From assembly GCF_009914755.1 (NCBI RefSeq), contig NC_060933.1: a stretch of DNA of 64,000 bases; one strand, written 5' to 3'. The translations under genes were made by a program, and so were the position numbers. Position 1 is the stretch's first letter. Each line of letters begins with the position of its first letter. The notes under the pieces are model-generated. The model was not told the origin of the DNA. It did not search any database and saw only the letters and a program-made list of their open reading frames with translations. Below are positions 1 through 14,357 of this stretch, piece by piece. The DNA is from the human T2T-CHM13v2.0 reference genome, Homo sapiens.

Positions 1-184
1 AAACAGCCAGATCTGGCATGAACTAATAAAGTGAGAACTCACTCATTATGGTGAGAATAGCACCAAGCTATTCATGGAAGACCCACCCCCAGGACCCAAA
101 CTCCTCTCACTAGGCCCACCTCCAACACTGGAGGTCACATTTCAACATGAGATTTGGAGGGGATAAAACATCCAAACCATATCA
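1..184 (-). mobile_element. MaLR LTR fragment (MSTB/MSTA-like)
   Basis: Ends in ...catttcaacatgagatttggagggg...caaaccatatca, the reverse complement of the tgatatggttt MST/THE1 LTR start. Confidence 0.8.
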
Positions 185-3100
185 ATGTGTATGCTGCTGC
201 ATCCAGTTTTGTTGGTCTCAAGATTTTTAAATTTCCCTTTTAATTTCTTCTTTGACCGATTGGCTATTCAAGAACATGTTTGATTTCAATGTATTTGTGA
301 ATTTTCCAAGATTTCTCTTGTTATTTGTTTCTAGTTTCATACTATAGTGGCTAGAAAAGATACTTGATATGATTTTCATCTTCTTACATTTGAGACTTGT
401 TTTGTGACTTCACATATGATCTATCCTGCATAATGTTCTTTGTTCACTTGAAAATAATATGTATTCTGCTGCTGTTGGATGCAATATTCTGCATATGTGT
501 GTTAAGTCCCTTTGGTCTAAAGTGTTGTTCAAGTCCACAGTTTCCTTGTTGATTTTCTGTCTGGATGATCTATCCATTATTTAACATGCCATGTTAAAGT
601 CCCCTATTAATATTGTATTGCTGTCTATTTCTCCCTTCAGTTCTGTTAATAATATTTGGTTTATATATTTAAATGCTCCTGTACTGGGAACATATATATT
701 AAATACTCCTCTACTGGGAACATATATTTATGGTTTTTATATTGTCTTGATGAGTTGACTTCTTTATCATTATATAATGACCTTCTATGTTGTTTGTGAT
801 AGTTTTTAACTTAAAGCCTATTTTGTCTCATGTAAGTTTAGCCACCTCTGCTCTCTTTTTGTTACCAGTTACGTGGGCTGTTTCTTTCTATCCCTACTCT
901 TTCAGCTATGTGTGACTGTAAAGCTAAAGTGAGTCTCTTGTAGGCAAAATACAGTTAGAACTTTTTTCAGTCCTTTCAGTCATCCTATGTCTTTTCACTG
1001 GAGAATTTAATCTATTTACAATTTAAATAATTGCTGATAGGTAAAGACTTACTACTGCCAGTGTGGTAATTGTTTTCTGACTGCTACTTATTTCTGAAGG
1101 AACAAGTAATTTATTCTATTATTCCTCTCTTGTTGTCTTCCTTTGTGATTTTGATGATTTTTTTTGTAGTGGAATGGTTTAATTTCTTTATCTTTTTTGT
1201 ATTTACTATCTGTGTCATTATCGTGAAGCTTACATAAAATATCTTACAATAGTCTATGTTGAACTGATAATTACTTCAACTTCATATAAAAACTCTCCAC
1301 TTTAATTATTCTTCCCCTACATTTTATGTTATTAGTGCTGCAATTTTCATCTTTTATATATTGTGTATTCATTAGGAAACTATTTTATAGTTATTTTTAA
1401 TACTTTATCATTAAACTTTTATAAGAATCAAAAGGTATTTATGCACTACCATTATGGTATTAAAGTATTCTGAATTTGACTTTTGATGTTTATAGTGGTT
1501 TTTATACTTTCATGTGTTTCATATTGTTAAGTAGCATTGTTTCGTTTTAACTTGAATAATTCCCTTTAGCATTTCTGGTACAGCAGGTCTAGAGGTAATG
1601 AACTTCCACAGCTTTTGTTTGTCTAGGAAAGTCTTCATCTCTCTTTTGTTTCTAAAGAATAGCCTTGCCTGGTACAGTATTGTTGGTTGGCAGTTATTTT
1701 TTTTCTTTCAGCACTTTGACTACATCACCCTACTCTCTCCTGGGCACCAATGTTTCAGCTGAAAAATCCACTGATAGTCTTATGGAGAGTCCCTTACATG
1801 TGACTAGTTGCTTTGCTCTTGCTACTTTCCAAATTCTCTCGTTGTCTTTGTCTTTTGGGTATTTAATTATACTCTGTTTCAGGGAAGATCTTTTTATAAT
1901 TAATCTATTTGAGTTCTTTTGGGCTTCATAGATCTGGATGTTTATTTTCCACTTCAGACTTGGGATATTTTCTGTCATTATTTCTTTAAATAAGCTTTCT
2001 TCCACTTTCCTTTTTTGCTGATTCTCCTGGGAGTCTCATGCAAATTTTGACTTGCTTAGTGGTGTCTCATAAGTTCTCTAGGCTTTCTTCATTCTTTTTC
2101 TTTCTCTCTTTTTTCCCTTTTTATTCCTCTGACTGGGTAATTTCAAATGACCTGTCTTTGAGCTCACTGGTTTTTTTTTCTTCTGTTTCATCAAGTCTGC
2201 TGTTAAAGCTCTTCATAAAACTTTGCAGTTGAGGCATTGTGTTATGTAGTGCTAGAATTTTTGTTTGGTTCTTTTTATGATTTCTCCCTCTTTATTGAAT
2301 GTCTTCTTTTGTTTATGCATAGCCCTCCTAATTTCATTCACTTGTATATCTGTGTTCTCCTGTAGCTCACTGAGCTTCCTTAGGATGTTTACAGTTGTCC
2401 CTCAGTATACATGAGGAATTGGTTCCAGAACTGCCCACATATACCAAAATTCATTCATAATATAATCCTAGTCAGCCCTGCAGAACCTACATGTATAAAA
2501 GTCAGCCCTCTGTATACACAGGTTTCATTTCCTGTGAATACTACATGTTTTATTCATATTTGGTTTTAAAAAAAAAATCTGTGCAGGTGGACCCACAGAG
2601 TTAAAATGTGTTGTTCAAGGATCAGCTGTATTTTGAATTATCTAAGTTTGTGGATGTCTATTTCTTAAGGGTCAGTTACTAGTGATTTATTTTTTCACTT
2701 TGGTGGGGTCATGTTTCCCTGATTATCTGTGATCCTCTGACCTTGCTTTTGTGTCTGTTCATTTGAAAAAGCAGGCACTTCTTCTATTCTTTTCAGACTG
2801 GATTTGTCAGGGAAAACCCTTCACCAATCGGGGAAACATGACACCACCAAAGTGAAAAAATAAGTCACTAGTAACTGGACCTTAAGAAACAGAAATCCAC
2901 AACTTAGATAATTCAAAATACAGCTGACCCTTGAACAACATGTTTGAACTATGCAGTTCCATCTACACAGATTTTTTTTCTTTAACCAAATGTGAATTAA
3001 AAATGCAGTATTCGCAGATTCCATAGTTTCTTGGCAGGCCATCTTGTGGGGCTCACAGGTGCCAGCCTGGCACTAGGGTGGGCCAGCCTGGAGCCTGGGT

Positions 3101-3625
3101 CTGTGGGTGTTAGCCTGGATCCCGGGGCCACCAGGACCAGCCTGGTGCTGGGGTGGGCCTGGAGGTGGATTATAAGAACAGACCTAGGTCCTCAATCCAC
3201 GTGCTTGCCTAGAGCCTATGCCTTTTGGGGCAATCTGGAACCTTGTTCCATGGGGCCTGACCTGTCACTGGGGTCCACTAGATAGGCCTGGACTCAAGGT
3301 CTGCTGAAGTAGGCTTGAACCCTAGTTTTTTTGAAGCGTGAGGGTATTGGAGCCAGTAGTCTGGAGCCTGGGTCCATGGGACCTGGCTAGGTACCAGGTG
3401 TGCTTGGAAAATGTATCTGAGGTGGCTGGTCTGGAGCCTGGTCTCCACTGGTGCCAGTCTGATGCTGGGGTGGGTCTGAATGCTGGGTCCATGGGTGCTG
3501 GCCTGAAGTTTAGGGCTGCAGGGGCTTGCTTGGCCTTGGTCAGGCCTGAAACTTGATGCTGACCTGGAACCTAGGGCCTAAGGGGGTGGCTTGGCACTGG
3601 GGTAGGCCTGGAACCTGGAGCTATC
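185..3625 (-). mobile_element. Old L1 (L1M-type) 5' half: ORF2 start, ORF1 remnant and GC-rich 5'UTR with degenerate ctggagcctgg repeats (3030-3625); interrupted by MER8
   Basis: Minus ORF 1730-2005 (LFKEIMTENIPSL...RLSVDFSAETL) resembles L1 ORF1p; flanking sequence is T-rich antisense L1. Confidence 0.8.
2392..2628 (+). mobile_element. MER8 (Tigger2-derived MITE)
   Basis: cagttgtccctc...ttgttcaaggatcagctg termini, ~237 bp, TA on both sides (2390-2391, 2629-2630). Confidence 0.8.
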
Positions 3626-3629
3626 CATG

Positions 3630-4125
3630 TAAATTTTAATCAGCTTGTTTATCTCTCAAAAAAAAAAAAAAAGCAACTTTCTTTTTAATCCTACTGGAGC
3701 TTTTATTGACTGTGATGTATCTGTAGATCAGTTTGGCAAGAATTGCCATTTGAACAACATTGAGTCTTCCACTTTGTGAACATGGTGTGCCTCACTATTT
3801 TGGCAGAGTAGGAGGTTAAGCCTTCTTTAATTTATCTGAGAAATGATTTTTTTGCAGATTTAAGTGCTCGAGTTTTGTACATTATTTGTCACATGTGTTA
3901 AGGTTTTTAATTATTTGGCATTATAAATAAATTTTAAAATTTCCTTGTAAAATTGATATTAGTTACGTAGAAATATAAGTGACTTGTCTTTTAACCTTGT
4001 ACCCTATGATTTTGCTAAATTCACTTAATTGTTCCAGTAGCTTTCCTTTGGATTCCTTAAGATTTTCTGAGACAAATATTTAAGGCTCTAAATCTCCCCA
4101 TAGTTACTGCTTTAGCTGCATTCCG
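3630..4125 (-). mobile_element. Ancient L1M ORF2 fragments
   Basis: ctgtagatcagtttggcaagaattgccat...ttgagtcttcc is a typical antisense L1 ORF2 motif. Confidence 0.6.
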
Positions 4126-4126
4126 C

Positions 4127-5122
4127 TTTTTTTTTTTTTTTTTTCCTGAGACAAGGTCTCACTCTGTCACCCAGACTGAAGTGCGGTGGCATGATCATAG
4201 CTCACTGTAGCCTTGAACTCCTAGATTCAAGTGATCCTTCCGCCTCAGCCTCCTGAGTAGCTGGGACCACAGGTGTGCACTTCTACGCCTGACTAATCTT
4301 TAAACATTTCTTGTAGAGACAGGTGTTCTGTGTGGGAGACGCATGAAGGGAGAAGAAAAGGCCCACATACACACAATACCTTTAAGGGTAAACAAGCTTT
4401 ATCCCATGTAAATGGCAATGCAGATATAATAAGCAAATGATATAATAAGCAAATGCTATAATAAGCAAATTAATATAATAAACAAATGCTATAATAAGCA
4501 AATTGCAATGGGAAGGGGAGAAGGGAAAAGATATATATATATATTTACACTCACCAGACTATGGAGGATTCACCACCAGACTGGGAAGCAAGAGCCTGGG
4601 CTCCAGAGTCAGACACCGCACTCACCAGACTATGGAGAATTCAGCACCAGACTGGGAAGCAACAACCTGGGCTCCAGAGTCAGCCACTGATCCGTGCACA
4701 GACGATGAGAGGTCTCATGAAGCTTCGGTACAGTCTAGGACTCTAGCTCTTTTTGTAACAAGTTGTTTGGCATGAGACCCAGTCACAAGGGCCCTTCGCG
4801 ACTGGGCTCAAGAAACACAAAAAGGTCAACTTATTTTTGCGATTGTCTATTGTTTTTCAGTAACTAAGGTATAAGAATAGATTGAAATAGAGATTTCTCT
4901 GAAACAACACTGGATGAACGCCTCAAAGGGCTCAGACAACCTGTTCCGGGACCATTGTTTGTGTCCATGTTCAATTGAGTTCACATTTAATATTTAACTT
5001 TTTCTCCACAGCAGGGTCTTCCTGTTTTGCTCAGGCTGGTCTTGAACTCCTGGCCTCAAGTGATCCTCCTACCTCAGCCTCTAAAAGTGCTGGGATTATA
5101 GGCATGAGCCACTGCACCTGGC
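4127..5122 (-). mobile_element. AluJ split by an LTR (arms 4127-4323 and 5011-5122)
   Basis: Poly(T), AluJ-type cactgtagccttgaactcc; the Alu resumes in register (gtagagacagg | gcagggtctt) after the LTR. Confidence 0.85.
4324..5010 (-). mobile_element. Solo ERV LTR (family not assigned), ~690 bp
   Basis: TG...CA termini (tgttctgt...tctccaca), ~5-bp TSD acagg/gcagg, internal tandem repeats. Confidence 0.8.
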
Positions 5123-5204
5123 CCCATTCTACAAATTTTGATTTGTTGTTTCATTTTTAGTCAATTCAATGTATTTTCTTATTTCTTCTTTGACCCGTAG
5201 GTTA

Positions 5205-5670
5205 TTTATTTTTTTAATTTAATTTTATTTTAGATTCAGGAGGTACCTGTACATTTTCCTCACCTGGGTATATTGCATACTGGTGGGGATTGGGCTTCTA
5301 GTGTACCCATTACACAAATAGTGGACACCGTACCTAACGTGTTATTTTTCAATCCTTCCCCCGCTTTTAGATTTCCCAGTGTCTCTTATTTCCATCTCTA
5401 TGTCCATGTGTACCCATTGTTGGTTCTCTGTTTCTGTGTTAGTTCACTTGGTATAATGGCTACCTGATCCATCCGTGTTGCTGCAAAGGACAAGATTTCA
5501 TTCTTTTTATGGCTGGATAGTATTCCATGGTTTCTATATATCAAATTTTCTGTATCCAGTCAACTATCGATAGACAATTATGTTGGTTCCATGACTTTGC
5601 TATTGTGAATAGTGCTGCAATGAACATACAAGTGCAGGAGGTATCTTCTTTATATCATGATTTATTTTCG
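5205..5670 (-). mobile_element. L1PA/L1PB 3' end fragment
   Basis: T-tail then ttagattcaggaggtac...gctgcaaaggac...ttgctattgtgaatagtgctgcaatgaacata. Confidence 0.75.
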
Positions 5671-5869
5671 TTTGCTATTCATGGGTTACTTTGAATTGTA
5701 ACAATATGTGGGAATTTCTCAGATTAATTTATATGACTCATTTCTATTTAAATTCTGCTGTGGTTAAAAAATAAAATTTCAGCTCTTTAAAATTTATTCA
5801 GGCTTGCTTTATGGCTTAGAATATGGTCTGTGCTGGTGAATATTCCATGTGCACTTGAAAAGAGTACGT

Positions 5870-6167
<298 letters not shown>

Positions 6168-6576
6168 GAATATGTGTTTGTTTTTAACCTGAAGTTTTCT
6201 ATACATGTCAGTTAGTTCTGGTGGTTTATATAGTTTTTAAATCTTCTGTACCTTTTCTGAATTTTTGTCTACCTTTTCTAACAGTTGTTTAAAAGAAGAG
6301 AATTGAAATCAACTATAATTTTTGATGTGTCTATTTTCTTTTCAATCTTAATTTTTGCTTCATTTGTTTGGTTGCTTTGTTGTTAGGTGCATAAGTTTAT
6401 ATACTCTTATAATTGGTATATCTTTGATCCTTTATCATTATAAAATACTCCTCTCTTTCTCTAGCAATATTTTTGTCTTAAGATCTATTTTGTCTGATAT
6501 TAATATCATCTCTCCAGTCTTATGCTCATCCTCTGCGTGATGTATTTTTCCATCCTTTTACTTTAAACCTATCTTT

Positions 6577-6885
6577 AACCAGGTGTAGTGGTTCATGACT
6601 GTAATGCCAGCACTTTGGGAGGCCAAGGCAGGAGGATCACTTAAGCCCAGAACTTTGAAAACAACCTGGTCAACATAGTGAGGCCCCATCTCTATAGAAA
6701 ATTTTAAAAGTTAACTGAGTATGATGGTACACACCTGTAGTCACAGCTACTTGGGAGGCTGTGGCAGGAAGTTCGCTTGAGCCTGGGAAGTTGAGGCTGC
6801 AGTGAGCCATGATTGCACCACTGCAAACCACAGTGGTTGAAGGAATGAGAAACTGTATCTTAAAAAAAAAAAAAAAAAAAAAAAA
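6577..6885 (+). mobile_element. AluJ
   Basis: ggaggatcacttaagcccag and gaggctgcagtgagccatgat are J-type; A tail. Confidence 0.85.
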
Positions 6886-7520
<635 letters not shown>

Positions 7521-9094
7521 AGAATTAAAAAAACATTTTTTAGATAAAAAATAGATGATGATACCACCACAGTTGCTTTTTATTTTCCCCCTTTCTATTC
7601 CAGACTTTGTCCATATGCTTATGTACCAATTTTAGCATATTCGGTTTTAGCAGTTAAATTTTTTCTACCATTAGAACTTTCCATCTTTATTTAATATTAT
7701 ATCATATACATTTTTGATGATGTGATATTTCAGAATTCCATGTTGCTTCATCAGAATTACTTGTATTACTTTAATGAAATGTCTGCACTATTTCTTATGA
7801 TAAATGAGGAAACAGGTGTAAATAACAGAGTTAGAAAGTAGCAGCACCAGGTTTTGTAACCAGGCAGTCTGAGTCCAAAACTCACGGCCTCAAGTAATAT
7901 GTCATCTGTTTCCTATGTGATCATGTTGAATTTTTGTTTAACATAAAGAAGAAAATAAAACTTAACTATTATTTCATAACCCAAAGATAATACTACTGCT
8001 CGTATTTTATTTCCTTCCAGACTTTTAATGCAAGTATGGATATTTATTTTTTATCCAGAAAGCAGCATATTATATATTGCTGTATTATCTGATTTTTCTC
8101 AGCTATCTGTTATTAATATTTTATATGAATAAATAGAAAACTATCCGTTATCATATTAATGGCAGTTTAGTGTTTCATTGTGTAGATGTGCCACAGTCTG
8201 TTTAATCAATCTAAGACTATTGAACATTTTGGTCACTTTCAATGTTTTTCTATGTTCAAACAATCATTCAAGGAACATCTTTGTATTTGTATCTTTGGAC
8301 ACATCTCATGATTTTCTTAGGGTAAATCCCTACAATGAATGGTTGGATATTCAACAGTATTTTTAAAGTTGTTTTTAAGGTGTTTGTTGGGTCTAGCTAA
8401 ATTGTCCTACCAAAAAATAAATATATTCAAACTCTCAAAGGCAGTATATAAAAGTGTCCGTTCCTTTGTACTACATATTTTATGATATCATATATGCCAA
8501 TTTTATAGTAAGGAATAAAATCGTAATAGCATTTATTGAATTTTACTATATTCCCTGTGCTATGCTGAATACTTTATATGTTATCTAATTTAATTCTTAT
8601 ATGACCCTCTGAAATACATACCCCATTGTACTGATGAGAGTGAGGGTCAATATGAGAGATAAGAGAGTCAATAATTTGTCTAAAGTCACAAACATTAATA
8701 GAGTAATATTATACTCTATAGTGATCTGACATTAATTGTAGAGTTCTAGCTACTGCAGTTTATTAGTTTCTAGTGTGTTTCACCTTTTAAATACAATTAT
8801 TAGCTATTTATACTATTTTGGAAACTCTGTAGCTATAACCTACTTTCATTTCAAAATTTTCTTTTTTCTTTTTTTAAAATTATATATAAGGAACCTTGTT
8901 GTGGCGGGGTGTTGACACTTTGTCATCATGTTATCCTAGTTTGTCCCTTTCCTTTGTTTATAATCATTTTGAATGGTTTAATTCTTACTGTAGTCAAATA
9001 TACCACTCTTTATCTTTATTATTTTTACCTTTGATATTGTGCTTATGGCTTCTCCAATATTAGAATTTTTGCTGTTTGTTTCTGTTTTCTTACA

Positions 9095-9300
9095 TATAAC
9101 AGCATTATCAAGATATAATTCATGTACAGTACAATAAAACTCACCCATTTAAAGTGTGCAATTGACTGGGTTTTTTAGCATATTCATAAGACTGCACAGC
9201 CACCACTATGTTCTATCTAAGAACATTTTCATCACTCCCAAAAGAAACTCGATAGCAGTCATTCTCCAAGTTCCCAACCCCCTAGCTCTATGCAACTGGT
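9095..9300 (-). mobile_element. L1MB/MC 3' end fragment
   Basis: gatataattcat...cacccatttaaagtgtgcaatt...aacattttcatcactcccaaaagaaac. Confidence 0.65.
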
Positions 9301-10251
9301 TACTTTCTCTCTCTCTCTCTCTCTGTGGATTTACACCTGTATTTGTTTTGCTAAGTACTGTTTAAATAAGAAAAGAAAAGCATCATTTCTGTGTTGGAGG
9401 ACAGTACTCAAATCAACCTTGTGGGCCAACCATGTTCTAGCAAACACTTTTCCATCTATGTGTGAAATTTGGAGGGAAATTGTTTAACGTGGTCTATATA
9501 TCTAAAAACAGAAACCTAGTTATGATTCTGTATTCAGTCTAAGCACATTTAAACTTAGAAAAGTAGTACATAAAATGTTCATGAAATACATGAATGGACT
9601 CAGTGAATATGTATTAACTTATTTAACTTCCTTTGAATATACATGATGATGATAAACTTTTTGTTGGCTCCTTTCTATTCTTCTTTTTAAAAGATACTTG
9701 ACTAGTTAGCTGGCTCCTGTTTGAAAATTAGAGGGTAGAGAGACAGGGTCAGAGAGCAAGAAATCCTTATAGCCCTGTAATAAACAGAACTTGCATCCAA
9801 AGATAATGATAGTAGATACTTTGTGTTTCTATAGCAGTTTATGGTTTTCAGATATAATCATTTTAATGCAGCAGTCCAGAAATATTGGAAAGTAATAGGG
9901 TCTTTCTGAATCTGTGCTCATACTTCATGTTAAATTCCCTAGAGTTATCAAAATAACTTCTAGGATTATGCATTATCAGGCCCATTCCTATAAGAGAATT
10001 TTCCATAGAAGAGAACACATTTCTTTTTAGTCTCCAAAGACTAGAAAGATTCCCACCTAACTATAAAAAACATATAATTAATTCACTAGACTAATTCACA
10101 GATTTTGTGTTTATGTTATAAAATATAGATTTTCCTTCAATCTCCCTTAAATAACAAAGAGAATATTCCTTTCAACTGCAATGTATATAAAATAGCATTT
10201 AGTCTTTGTGAATCTATTAAAAACAACTTAAGAGATAAACTGTATAAAACA

Positions 10252-10567
10252 CTATCAGCCAGGATAGGCCAAGGGTAACAAATAATCCCAAATTCTCAGT
10301 GCCCTACACTAACAAATATGAGTTTCTTCCATTCTTCTGTTATATGTCTGCCATGGGTCAACTGTGGTTGTACCTCCTGCAGCCTCCCTCCAGGATCCAA
10401 GCTGATAATATGGCCTTGTTACTGGATATTGCCAGTATCACTGAAGAAGAAAAAGGTGACAAGCCACCTACAAAGTCTTAAAGCTCTGCTTGAAGATAAA
10501 ACACTGTTTTGGCTCTCATTCCATTGGGCAAAGTAAATTACATGGCTCAGCCTGGCATCAATGGAAG
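10252..10567 (-). mobile_element. MLT1 (J/K/L-like) MaLR LTR fragment
   Basis: tcagccaggataggc...taacaaataatcccaaattctcagtg...cattccattgggcaaagtaaattacatggc. Confidence 0.55.
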
Positions 10568-11000
10568 TACATACGTATATACATATGTATGTATACACAC
10601 ACACACGTGTGTGTATATATACACATACATACATATACACACATACATGTATATATGTGTGTATATATGCACATACACATATATTTATATATCTGTAATA
10701 TTTCTACATATATGTATGTGTATTTTACACATATATGTAAATGTATGTTCAGATATGTAATGCATGTATTTATATGTGCACATATGTAATATATTTACAT
10801 ATATGTAAAATACATATACATACATGTAGAAATATTACATATATGTAAATATATGTGTATATATACACACATATATGCATATATGTATGTGTATACATAT
10901 ACGCATATATGTATGTGTATACATATACACATATATGTATGTGTATACATACATAAATATATTACATATATGTACATATATTTACATATATATGTGAGTA
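10568..11000. repeat. (TA/CA/TG)n low-complexity tract with internal inverted repeat
   Basis: Alternating purine-pyrimidine sequence; arms 10674-10742 and 10793-10859. Confidence 0.9.
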
Positions 11001-12326
11001 TCCCCCTTTGTGGTTCCCACAGGGAGATATATTGGGGTGCATATATATAGTCTTCCAGTTGGGAAGGATCCCACAGAACCATAGTGGAACACTAATATAA
11101 TCATAGTAAATTATATTACTGTCAAACTATTCATTGCTCCTCTAATCCCATTCAAGTTTTTCTCCTACTCCCTGAAGTATATGTAATTAATGATAAGCTC
11201 AGCTTAGCAAATTAAAATGTACAGAACTTTTTTACTGACAGTCCTTCTAAAGTGTATTGAGATTGAGTTCTGCTTTGGATCATACCTAGGACTGGGCTTG
11301 AAAGAACTGAGCCTGAGCGGTGGCACTGGCTGTGGGGAGTGGAGAGAGAGGATGACAAACCAGGATGGGCAAAATAAATGGGGCACATGATTGGGAAATT
11401 CTAGGTGAAATAGGAATGAAACCTTATATCACATTCAGTCGACAATCTTGGAAGCTGCTGGCCAGTATAAACAGACCAACGAGAACGCATACACTGGAAA
11501 TTAAGACAGTTATCCAATGAGAAATCCCAGGTCAATGTCTCCGGCAGTCAAAGCAGTTATCAAGAAAGAACCAAGTTGGGCGCACCATCTGGAGAAATCC
11601 TCTGGAGAAGGTTTATGTTACTACATATTTTTCTGTTTGCTTGTTTGCTTAGGTATTTGTTATTTTTTTTGTTCTTTAAATGTAGCAGTTCTGAATTTCT
11701 CAACTTTAAAGGACTATGTTACTTAGAAGGACTTCCTTTAAAACTGAGTTAGGTTTCTTAATATTGTATACATTACTTAGGTCATGTGATTAGCTGCTTT
11801 AGACATATGATTTGAGATTCTCTAAGTTCCCTTCATTCAAACTACTTCACAGAGGCAGAAGCCAGGAAGGCAAGAAGGCAGGAAGACAGGAAGGTAGGAA
11901 GGCAAACAGGCAAAAGGGAAAGGAAAAGAAAAAGATAAAGAAAAAAAGAAAAGAAAGTAAAAGAGGCAGCAGAGGCTAAAGAAGCCAGCCAGCTCTAGAA
12001 AGGATTCACAAAAATGAGAAATACCCTCAGGTCTCTTCAGCCTGATGGCTGCCCTGGCTGTTCCCAGGATAATTTGACAAGAACCAGAAACAAAGAGTAT
12101 GATCTAAATCAGAAGTTAGGAAGCCAGTGTGGTATAAATGGACTAGTTCACTATAGAAGACAGTGTTTAAGGAACTGAATTGATTGGCATTGTGAAACTG
12201 TAGGTGAGTTCCTTAGTCTTTCTAGCCTGTGGTTTCTTTACTTTCAAAGTAATTATACCAGATGATCCTGAAAATTACTTTAAACTGTAAATTATATGAG
12301 TCTAAGTTAGAGGTAGTAGAATTATA

Positions 12327-12407
12327 TATTAGTCTGGGTTCTCCAAAGAAATAGAACCAAAAAGATATATACCTAATACATATCTTATTGGTGTATATAT
12401 ATGTCTG

Positions 12408-12451
<44 letters not shown>

Positions 12452-12702
12452 CCTACCTATCTATCTATAGAGAGATATGGATATAGATATAATTACTATA
12501 AGGCCTTGGCTCACATTATTTATGGAGACTAAAGTCCCAGTTTCTGCACTTGGCAAGTTGGATACCCAGGAGAACTGATGGTATAGTTCCAGTCTGAGTT
12601 TGGAGGGCTAAGAAGTACCCTCACAGATACCCAGAATGATGTTTAACCAAGTAGCTGGGCATCTTGTGGCCCAGTCAAGTTCACACATAAAATTAACCAT
12701 CC
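12327..12702 (-). mobile_element. MLT2 (D-like) ERVL LTR, internally deleted
   Basis: tattagtctgggttctcc...gaacc start; gcccagtcaagttcacacataaaattaaccatc end. Confidence 0.8.
12403..12468. repeat. (TCTA)n tetranucleotide microsatellite
   Basis: Direct reading. Confidence 0.95.
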
Positions 12703-14037
12703 AAATTTACCAAAAGCCAGGACCAAGAGAAAGACTTGAGATAATGCAATGATACAGAGTTCAGCCAACCATAGGAATCAGAATACCAGGGTGGTGTATA
12801 GAGTTGCTGAGATTGTTTCCCAAGGAGCCAGTATTCTATTAACAGGGAAGACTGCTCAGTAGCCAGGACTTTATCTGCAATCAGCCAGAGAGGCTCAGTT
12901 ACCAGAAAACCCTGACTTCTCAGATCTGGCTATGATAGGTATGATCATGTTGAGGAGGAAAGGATGACAAAATGATCTTTTTCCTGAGCTCTTTCCTCAA
13001 GTTTCTTTCATTTTTATTCAGCTGTTGATACCTAGAGAGACACCAGCTCTATTTTTTAATATTCGGGCCAAAGTATGAAAAACTTTCTTCTCTTGACTTC
13101 TCAAGACAGGCTGGAACTTTCAGCAAAGTTTCCAGTTTATAATTCAAAGGAAAACAACATGAAAACAAATACAATGATTGCAAAGGTAACCAGCTAGTGA
13201 GAAATACTGAGTTTTTTTTACCCTCTGGAGTGTGTTATGGCAAATGGAGATGATACCCTCTAAGAAAAAGTTAGCAAATCCTTCACAGCAGGTTCAAAGA
13301 GGATAATTTTTCAGTGTGAGTGTGTCTGTGCCTTCCAAGACCAAAAAGACTGGACTGTTTGGGAACCTTAATCATCAAGGGATATAAGAAAATGACAGGC
13401 AAGGATACATATCTTTTAATAGAAGAGGTGATTCAACTTGAACCCTCCACGTTCCTTGATAAAAAGCAAGAGTGCCTATACAGCACTCATCACCATTCCC
13501 ATTAAGTCAGGACTAGGTTGATCTTTTCCTTGAAAGCCGCTATGCCAGGGGATTAGATTTTTTTTTTTTTCTAGTGCTGCAGGGGTGTGGAGAAATTGGC
13601 AGGAGCAAGATGACAAAGCAGTGAGAAGGGACAGTGAGGAGACGTGTATTCCCACTATTTGGTGTGCTGAGCCAATGTGAGTTCACCATAGATCACATGG
13701 ACACCAAAGAATGTGGCTGGGGTTGAACCATCTTGCAAAAATTCTTTCCTTCCTGGCCCCACAAAGCTAATAGCCATGGTAGAGGCTTGGGATAGGGTAG
13801 GGAAGAGGCCAGTTTTAAAATGGCTCTCTCACATGGGGGCTGTGATGTAAAAGACCACAACAGGATCTTCCCCCAAACCAACATCCATACTTGATGAAAG
13901 AAACCAACCATGCAGCTAGAATCTATGCCATCTAGTATTAGACTAGAAAGGAAAACAACCAATGAAAGAAGGAATCACCACAGGCAGTGTTCCCCTTTAC
14001 CCTACTTGATCACAGAGTGGTAAGGGCTCAGGGTTGA

Positions 14038-14357
<320 letters not shown>

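Noticed and set aside
3030-3625. GC-rich degenerate repeat array resembling a CRISPR array or coding repeat
   Set aside because: No constant repeat/spacer periodicity; position and motif fit the 5'UTR of the adjoining old L1
10490-11082. Tyr/Ile/His/Cys-rich ORFs
   Set aside because: Translations of the TA/CA low-complexity tract
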